DNA of 64,000 bases from the human T2T-CHM13v2.0 reference genome, Homo sapiens. The stretch lies in the NCBI RefSeq assembly GCF_009914755.1, contig NC_060929.1; one strand, written 5' to 3'. Of this stretch, positions 54,291-64,000 are shown in pieces. Numbering within the stretch: the first letter of the stretch is position 1; each line of letters begins with the position of its first letter. A program made the position numbers and the translations under genes. The notes beneath the pieces were generated by a model that was not told the DNA's origin, searched no databases, and saw only the letters and a list, made by a program, of their open reading frames with translations.

Positions 54291-54478
54291 TAGTTTTTTA
54301 AAAATACTAATGTTTAAACGAAAAACCTCACCAGGACCACTCATACCACTCTAAATTAAATCTCTATCTCTAGAAACCTGCCCCAGCCTCCTAATTATTA
54401 TCCCTGCTTCTTCCCCTGTCCCCTATAGTCCATTTTCCACACTACAGTCAGAGCCATCATTTAAGATGTACAATTGAA

Positions 54479-55280
<802 letters not shown>

Positions 55281-57877
55281 TAGATGAGTGACACTCAGCG
55301 TTTTAAAACCCTCCAATCGCTTCCCAATTGCAATAAGAAGAAAACCTAAGCTCCTTAAAAGTCCCTCGTCGCTACCTGTGTCCTGAACCCCATCTTCTTC
55401 TACTCATTTCTCCTTCGTTCAGTTCATCCTGATCTCAGGGCTTGGCACTTGTTCTCCCTCTCCCTCTCCCTCCAGATCTTTGCACTTCAGCTTTCATTCC
55501 GCAACTTCAAATCTCCAGAGAGGCTTTCCTAAGAATCTAGTTATCCCCTCCCCCCTGTCTAGTCATTCTTTCTCCCATCATCCTGTCTTTTTTGTTGTTC
55601 ACGGCACTTATATTCTATTTGAAATTCTTTGATGGATTGCTAATCAATGTGTTTTTATAGGTTACTCTCTGTCTCTCCTTACCAGAAAACTGTGTAAGCT
55701 TCCTGAACACAGAGACTGCCTTATTAATTGCTATTTCACTATGAAAAGTAAAAATAGCCTAACATTGAGTATGCACTCCAATTCTTAAATGTCTATAAAT
55801 GAATAAACAAATTCAGTGAATGACTAAATAAATGAATAAATATTCAGTCTTAGCTCTACCCATGGTGTCCTCAGGCTACAGCAGAGCTGACTATACAAGA
55901 CAACTTGGCCTGCACTCCAGAACCCCTTTCTCAATCTATCCCATCAGAATGACAGTGATGATTTTCAAGGTTGAGATATACATTGCCACAGCCTCCCCTA
56001 TTTTGCCGAAGGCTAAACTATTGCCATCTATTTTTATCAAACCATGCCTGTGTCCTCTTTGTTTTATAAATCTACAGTTCTCTATTTCTAATTAAAACTA
56101 AAGATTACAAGACCAAGACACTAAGATGGCCACAGCTTGGAGAAGAGAAGGATGAAAGCAATAGGTTAGAGATATGCACCAAGACACAGAGAGTAACAGA
56201 GTGAGGAAGCAAGGAAGAGGGAAGGCCAACACATAATGGGTGAAAAACGTGACCTGAGAGCAATGCCTTCTGTAATATCACTCTTTAGGAGACAGGAGAA
56301 TGAAGAAGAACTAGAGAAGGAATATTTAGAGATGTGGAGGAAGAGCCACACATGTTTAGTGCTGCAGTTGTTCAGCCAGGAAATAGTTTCAAGAAAAGGC
56401 CAATCAAACTGTAAAAGATTTTGGCATTGAAACTTAGGAAGACCTGAGTGACCTCTAAAGAGACTATCCAGGCCAAGGGAGGGGAGGCAAGTTGAAAATA
56501 AAGATATCACGGTATCTCATTTTGTTCATAATGTGTTTCAAGATTTCCTTTAACAGGCCATAACAAACAAACAAACAAACAAACAAAAACCCAAGATGGA
56601 ATGAGATGGGATGTGTTAGGTACCGAAAGAGATATACCAGGATTTTAGTTATTTATCAAATGAATGAATGAAAGGACCAAAGACATTTTGGAAGAAATTA
56701 AGGAAAAGGCCCCAGGAATGGCAATACTGGCTCAGTGTAAATAGAGTCCTATTAAGCAGGATTTTGTTGGGAGCTACGTAAGTCTTCCTTCTAATAGTCA
56801 GAAACAACGTAAATTTGGGGGAAGGCAGAAGCATTAGCTAATGCCCACATTAAAGTGAATATTTTCTCAAAATTAGTTCAGAATCTACTTTGTGAATGTA
56901 TTTCTAGCCCCAGCAGTTAGTTGTTTTATTTGCAAATAAAGCACTTTCTACAAAGCACATTTCCATCTACAGAACAAAGCTCAATAAAGTGTTTTATTCC
57001 CTGCTGGCCACTATTACAGTTCTATTTTTTAATCAGCAGATGTTCCCTTATTTCTAACTAGGTATAAACATGGCATTGAATGATATCATTGTGGTTCGTA
57101 GACGTGTGCCTTGCTTATCTGAGGTTTAACACACGTCTCTTTTCTCTTCTGAGAAGTAAACAGCATGCAAAGTACTGAAGTGCAGAACATTTGGTTTCAG
57201 GTGGAAACATTATTTTGCATAATGGATTAAAACTTAGAAAAGTAAAAGTGAAACTCGAAACTCTGCCATGAGAAATCAGCTCTTAGTTGTTGAAATGCCC
57301 GCAAGGGACTTGCCAATTCCTATACATCTTTCCTTCTCTGAAAATAGGAATATGGTATAGTGAATTGAAAAGAAAACTTTCTATAATGCTTATAGGAAAA
57401 TCAAATACAAAATTTAGGATAAAAACATCAAAGAAAATAGATGTCTGCTTTTATCTCTTCTTACAAGAAAACACTTCAAAGAAAATCAAACCAGTCTCTT
57501 TTCATTGCATTGCATAAGGTTTCCATGGATGACTTACACACATCATTCCAGCCATGTTTTACAAAATACAACACATTCAATGGGCATTTCATTCATAAAA
57601 TTAGTGTCTTAATACATACTCTAGAGCTAGTTTCTTTGCATATTATGGTGTTTATTTCATCCTGCTGGCTTCTCTGTGCTTTCACAAATTACCTATATTA
57701 CATAACATTTTTGCAAATATTTCCTGTGTCAATATATTCTTGGATAAATTAATTCCTAGACAAAGAGTTACAAAACCAGGATCACATGCCTATCACAAGC
57801 CTATATGCTTCTTCCTTTTTAATGCATTCTACACAAATGCAGTACCTTCTACTTAGTCATATATGTTTCATAAAATT

Positions 57878-58304
57878 TATAGGAGGCCATTGGTTTGGAT
57901 TGAGCTCCTACACTAGGCCCAACAAACCAAATCAAAATGGAGTCACTCATGCTATCACCAAGGTGAAACTAAGTTGTTTATATGACCTTCCCAGAAATGA
58001 GAAGAATGAATGATAATAGCTAAATCCCCAAACAAGCCAGTTTTAGCTAGCATGATAAGGAAGTCCCCTGTGTTTTACCTTTACAGGGAAAGTAACTTTG
58101 AAACAATCAATCTGCTTTTGTTTTCTGTTTCTTCTTTCCTCAGCCATTTTCTATGTATAAAACCAATCTGCTCAGTTTATCAGAATACTCATTCTGTTTT
58201 TGTATTTATATTCTATTTTACAGAATAAGGTGTTATCTGATTCTAGAATTATAAATAAAAGCCAATTAAGATCTTTAAATTTATTATAATTTTTTCTTTT
58301 AACA
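57878..58304 (+). mobile_element. ERV1 solo LTR (MER34/MER39 group)
   Basis: gaggccattggtttgga...aaaatggagtcactcatgct...aataaaagccaattaagatct...ttaaca; polyA signal near the 3' end. Confidence 0.6.
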
Positions 58305-58665
58305 TATGTAATGCAATTTTTTTTATAAATTGTGTTGATTCAATTAATAAGACATGCTTACTGTAATAAACTCTCACACTTAACAAGGAACACTTCTGTG
58401 ACTAGATGTGTAGTGGATTTCCCCACCCATCAAACAATTCTCTAGCAGACACTAACTGGGTATTCTATAATTCCATTCAGTTCTGAGGCTACCTACCTGG
58501 GAATGGTGTCAGATCTCACAGGTTGGGGGCCTAGTCCCACAAGATTGCCCTCACTTCAGGGGCTAATCTCAAGTTGTAGGTTGTCAGCTATACTTCTGAC
58601 TGACCAGCTGCAAACTGGGGTTCCCCTGACTCCCTCTTTAGGTCTGATTATTTTGCTAGAGTGGC

Positions 58666-60134
58666 TGTAATTGTCTGAAGGGTTCGTCTTGCCTGCTGCA
58701 CAGATAAAACCAATTCACTGAGACAGCATTATTGCAGTAAAGAAAGAGTTTAATTACTGCAAGGCCAGCCAAGTGGAAGGATAGGAGTTTACTATTACTC
58801 AAATCAGCCTCCCTGCTAAGTCAGGCTAGGGTTTTTATGGATAATTTGGTGGGCAGGAGATTAAGGAATGGGTGTTGCTGACTGGTTGGAGATGAAATCA
58901 TTGGAGTGTGGAAAACGGTCTTCATGTACTGAGTCTGCCATAGGATGGGAGCCACAGAACCCGTTGCATTATGAGTCATGAGTCTGAATGGGGTCAGTGG
59001 ATTACCAGAATGCACAAGTCTAAAAAACATCTTAAAAGATCAATTTTAAGTTCTGCAAAAGTGATGTTATCTATAGGAGCAACTGGGGAAGTCACAAATC
59101 TTGTGACCTCTGGCCACATGACTCCTGAGAAGTAAGGGAATATAGAAACTGTATCTACATTTTAGCTGAATTCAGGTCTCTCCCATGATCCTAATCTCAT
59201 TTCTGGCCTTTGATTAGTTTTACAAAGGTAGCTTTGTTCCCTAGGCAAAGAGGGGGTTAGTTCCAGGGAGGGATTATCATCATCCTTAGTAGGTTAAGCT
59301 ATAAACTAAACTTCTCCCATGGTTAGCTTGGCCTATGCTGAGGAATAAGAGAGGTTAGCCAGTCTGTGAGGCTAGATGCAAGATATGTTCAGCCATGCTA
59401 GACTTCTCCCACTGTCATGTAATTGCCAGACGGGTTATTTCTGCCCACTGCACAGACAAAACCAATTCACTGAGACCATGCTTTTGCAATAATGCAAGAG
59501 TTTAATTAACACAAGGCTGGCCATGTAGGAGAGAGAGTTATTAAATCAGTCACCGCAAAGGCTCAGAGGTGAGAGTTTTTCAAGGATAGTTTGGTGGGCA
59601 GAAGGCTAGGTAATGGGTGCTGCTGACTGGTTGGGGGTGAAATCATAGGGGTGTGGAAAAATGTCCTCATGTGCTGTGTGAACCTCTGGGTGGGGCCATA
59701 GGGCTGATGGAGTCAGAAACACCGAAGTCTGAAAAAATATCTCAAAAGACCAATCTTAGGGTCTGTAATAGTGATGTTATCTATAGAAGTAATTGGGGAA
59801 GTTACCAATCTTGTGAAAAACAATGGTTGGTTGTTATTTAACTACACCTACATCTTAGCAGAATTTGGGCCCCTCTTATAATTTTAACCTTGTGGCCTTT
59901 CATTAGTTTTACAAAGGTGGTTTTGTTTTGGGAAAGGCTATTATCATCCTTGCTTTAAGGTTAAACTATAAACTAAATTTCTCACCCAGTTAGCTTGGCC
60001 TACACCCAGCTTGGCCTACACCCAAAGACAGCTTGGAGGTCGGAAGCAAGATGGAGTGAACTGTGTCAGATTTCTCTCACTGTCATAACTTTGCAAAGGC
60101 AATTTCAATCATAATCTTTGCAAAGGCAGTTTCA
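58666..60134 (-). mobile_element. LTR8A/LTR8B-like solo LTR, outer copy (58666-59417 plus 60112-60134)
   Basis: tgtaattgtc...ataatctttgcaaaggcagtttca (reverse complement of tgaaactgcctttgcaaagattatga); perfect 4-bp TSD tggc. Confidence 0.85.
59418..60107 (-). mobile_element. LTR8A/LTR8B-like solo LTR, inner copy
   Basis: tgtaattgcc...ataactttgcaaaggcaatttca; 4-bp TSD gtca/atca. Confidence 0.85.
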
Positions 60135-60714
60135 TGGCTCACAGAACTTAGGAAAACATGCTTACTGGTTTATTTTAAAGGGTGTAAATTACAAAGCATC
60201 CAGATGAACAACCAGGTAAGGAGAAGTATAGGGCAAGGTACACCACAGGGGCAAGGAGTTTTCACGCTCTCTCTGGATGCCACCCTTCTAGCACCTCTAT
60301 GTGTTCAGCAACCTGGAAGCTCATCAAACCTTGTTGTTCAGGAGTTGTCATAAAGCCTAATCTCCATCCTCCCCACCCTTTCTCAGAGGTCAATGGGTGG
60401 GACTGAAAGTTCCAATCATCTAATCCTTTAATGAGTTCTTTCTCCTGATGGTCCCCATCCTGAGGCCATCTAGAGACCCCACACTCTTGTTAAGTCACCT
60501 CAGTTGCAACAATTCAGGTAGCTATGAAAGGGGCTCATTGTGAATAACAAAAGATACCCCTATCGCTTAGGAAATTCCAAACGTTTTAGGAGCTCTGTGA
60601 CAGGACCTGAACGTGACTAAATTTATTTCATTTTATACCACACTTACCAACATCATCTTTCAGACTGTTTATCTGAAATTGTAGCAATGATTTTAAAGGC
60701 ATTATATCATTAGA

Positions 60715-61110
60715 TCTGTGTTTCTCAAAGTCTAGTGTAGTCATTATTTAGCAAACACCCATATAGCGCCAGGCCCTATTCTAAATGCTTTGTAATTGTT
60801 AACTCATTTAACCTCCATAGCAATTTAATGAGATAAGTTCCATTATCATCCCTATTTTACAGATGAGGAAACTGAAGCACAGATCTCCTAAATAATTTGC
60901 CTATAATGAATGGTTGAGTTGAGTACAGGAACTCAGGTAGATTGACTCCATAACCACGATCATAGCATAAGAACATCTGGGGGTGCTTGTCTAAATGCAG
61001 ATTCTGGGGCTTCACTACAAGCAATTCTATTCTATTTGGCTAAGGCCCCAAAATTTGTATGACTTCCTGTATTTGTTTGCTTGTTTAACAAGCACCCTCA
61101 GTGTTGCTCA
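60715..61110. mobile_element. MER5B-like MITE interrupted by a MIR
   Basis: tgtgtttctcaaagt...catctgggggtgcttgtctaaatgcagattctgggg...tttaacaagcaccc. Confidence 0.6.
60742..60950 (-). mobile_element. MIR SINE
   Basis: cattatcatccctattttacagatgaggaaactgaagcacaga, a near-consensus MIR core. Confidence 0.85.
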
Positions 61111-62829
61111 TCTGATAGGGCTATTTCATGTATTGCATTTTAAAAGGGAAATACTAGCTTGGAAAACTCCTCTAGCTCTACCTCTCTGGGCTCTAAATTT
61201 TATTGAATACCTGCATTTATTTTACCCTTAGGAAAAATAAGAAACTTATTACATTGTGTGAGTTTTATGGGTGCCAAGACGATCTCAAGCTTTTTGGTTT
61301 AATGTAAAATTCCATTATTTTGTTTCACCTAGGCTAGTTCATTATGAAAATGCAACCTCTCCTCATATGAGTACAGTAACACATTGTTAATCTATTATTT
61401 GTGAGATTTGTGTAACTGAGGAATTAGAAAACAAGCTTTTCGAACAGGCTTTGGAATAGGGAGTAGGCATAGGAAGTACCTAAGGAGGAAGTGGGAAAAC
61501 AGGGGCTGGCAGATGCCACCATGAAATACGGAGCCCAGCAGTGCTAGAGATTGCTCTAGCTTCTTCGTCTTGCCTAGTGCTGGCTGTGTTGCTGATGATA
61601 CAGGCATGTGGTTTTAAAACCTTATCAGTCAGCTTCAGGTACTACTCCTTTTTAGAATCAGCATCTCTGGGTGCCATTCCCTCTTTGTCAGTAACTCATT
61701 TATAGATTTTGCCTCTTGTGAATTTCATTACATAAACTCTTTAGGCAAATGGGATGTAAAGTAGCCTGGATTGGAGATGCATTTTGGTATTGATCATGCT
61801 GGGGCTATGTATAGAAAGGACGTTAAAAATCTTCACATCAGATCAAATGCTATTCAATCAGCCAGGGAAGGGGATTGAACACAAAGATGCCGACTACAGC
61901 TTCTTTGCATTTAGCACCTCCATGTAATGGTGAGTGAAAGAAACGGACTCTTAACTATTCAAGCATTTCTATTTTAGCTGGTTCAAAGCAAGAGTTGATG
62001 GTAAAGTTTGACAGCTATCGTGTTTCTCACCTGAAGTAATTAGCAGTAACAGTACCTAAAAGCTAAAGCTCTTGAAAAAGGAGCCACATGCTGCTCTTGT
62101 ATAGCTACCTTCAGCAGTTATAAATGAGTTCTATTTCAGCCACAGCTAAATTTTTAGTGCACTGCTAGAGAAGAAAAAGTCTAATTATTACAGTCACTAT
62201 AATTTGAGATAATTGACTCTGGTGTTACATCATAGTTCTTACAATACCAACGAGGAATAAGACATTTGTACCATTACAGTAAATAAGGTATTCCACTACC
62301 AAATTGAAAGCGTTATCCCCCCTCCCCTGAGAGTATTAATGTCTGGCTATGGTCTCAAAAGGAAACGTTACCTCTGCTCCAGCAGGTTTCCAAGCCTTTT
62401 TCATTGTAGTGAATAAAGAGAAGGAATTAAATAGTGTTTAGTCATCCCAGAGGTCACAAGGAATATTATAATTCCAGCAAACTTCACTTTGCAGCTAAAA
62501 CCCTTCATTGTTTCAGCTTGGCAGCTTTACCAGGGAGGACAAGTTGTGAGACTGAATTATGCCACTGAACATACATTAAACACAATGGGCTTGCTATTGT
62601 CAGATTATTTATGCCACTTATGAATTTTAGCAGTTTGACCATAAAGAGCAAGTATCCAAGATTTTTTATTAAAAATAAGATTCATAAATACTGAAACTAT
62701 TCATTTGCTTCTTATAACTCAAACACAAATTTTTGATTGGGTCGGAGAGGGTATAATGATGGAGAATCGAAGACACATCATATCGTAGACATTTTTATAT
62801 GGCTCTATTTAAATCCCATGACATAATAT

Positions 62830-63060
62830 AAAGCAGAATGATGTAGTGGGAACACCATTACATTTTTGAGTGACACAGGCATAGTCTCAAAACCAGTGTA
62901 TATTAAGCATAGGACTATGACCAAATTCTTGGCCTCTCTGTGGTTCATCCATGAAATGGGGATAAAAATATTACCTAGCTCATGCATGTTTTATTGTATA
63001 AATCACAATAGAAAAGGCCCAATAACTCACCATAGTATCAGATACTGATTTAGAATATAA
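62830..63060 (+). mobile_element. MIR SINE
   Basis: cctctctgtggttcatccatgaaatggggataaaaatattacctagctcat. Confidence 0.6.
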
Positions 63061-63309
63061 TAAATGTACCTTATTATTGTTACTATTATTATCATCATAA
63101 TTATTGCCACAGCTTTTACAATAATTCAAATAATTTAGTTTTCTGGATAAATATAATAAACTGAACACTGTGGCAGAGAATGGAATAGAGTTGAAATTTT
63201 TCTTTCAAAGTTGTAGCCAGGTGTGTGTTTTCAATTTGATAGAATATTACCTAATTTCCTATAATGCTTCCATGATATAACTTCCTAGCTAGTTATGTCA
63301 AATTATGGT

Positions 63310-63721
63310 GACTTTTCTTTAACAGCAATGTACCAGATACAGAAATTTCCATTTATGCCTGGACGCACAGATAGTATTATTGTTCGCCTCTCTTGATATT
63401 AGTGATGGCCATTTGACTGAGTTCTGGCTAATGAAAAGTGGTTGGAAGTGACACGTGTCACTTAGACTTGACACACAAAAACTTCTTCATCATACAAAGC
63501 TCTGTCTCTTTCCCCATCTGTTATGTGGGAATTAACATCCATTCATGTACTAAAGACAGCTCCTAGGTCCTGGATGCTACAAGAGCAGAACTTTCCTACA
63601 AAAGCAAACACAAAGACATCACCAAATGGAATTTATGTTAGAGAGAAACTCATATTGCATTATGCCACCAAGTTTTGAGGGTTTATCTGTTAGAGCAACT
63701 AGTATTGGCTTAAGTGATAAA
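63310..63721 (+). mobile_element. Old MaLR LTR (MLT1J-like)
   Basis: ggccatttgactgagttctggctaatgaaa...ggaagtgacacgtgtcactt...ttttgagggtttatctgttagagcaac. Confidence 0.65.
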
Positions 63722-64000
63722 AGCATATTTGTTTACCATTCCCCTCATTCTGAAAAACCACATTAAAAATAACAATACAGGAAATTGTACTATTGAAAAG
63801 TAGGAAATTGAAGGTGACTGATTTAGTAGATCAGGAAATATATAAAACCAAAGGAAAATTATTTTCATTGTAGTATTTTTTACCTATCCAAAGTATCAAA
63901 CAAGAGTGAGAAGTAGAATGTACACATTTTCAAATATGCGGGATCTTGATGCAACATCTCCAAAACTGTTGAAAAATATAGTCTCTGAAGACAGGAAAAT

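Larger units (their letters stand above)
58362..60642 (-). mobile_element. MER21-family solo LTR (pieces 58362-58665 and 60135-60642)
   Basis: tg...ca termini with perfect 5-bp TSD cttac; gtcagatctcacaggttg, tggctcacagaact, ggaaattccaaacgttttaggagctctgtg. Confidence 0.82.

Noticed and set aside
58666-60134. Two LTR8-like copies as the 5' and 3' LTRs of one ERV
   Set aside because: No internal region, PBS or PPT lies between them; one is nested in the other with its own TSD

Overview
AT-rich human genomic DNA. It is primate by its Alu and L1PA content and human by a consensus-identical AluYa5. The window looks intronic or intergenic. I find no CpG island, recognisable protein-coding exon, structural RNA gene, CRISPR array or other novel multi-gene system. 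The longest ORFs are Alu/L1 read-through artefacts. The window is a mosaic of Alu (J/S/Y/Ya5, FLAM), L1 (PA, PB, M), L2, MIR, MaLR and ERV solo LTRs, and DNA-transposon MITEs, separated by unique stretches that may be regulatory. The most notable observations are six. (1) A near full-length ancient MamSINE1-like SINE sits next to a PBX/MEIS/HOX motif cluster. (2) An MLT1F-type LTR carries a ~270-bp internal inversion with inverted microhomology. (3) An L1-Alu composite has a 20-bp micro-inversion and a templated insertion. (4) A pristine AluYa5 forms a close inverted Alu pair. (5) A complete MADE1 hairpin has matched changes in both arms and resembles miR-548. (6) Three LTRs are nested with all TSDs readable. 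Family names come from my recall of consensus sequences, not from a RepeatMasker/Dfam run, and boundaries of old repeats are approximate.
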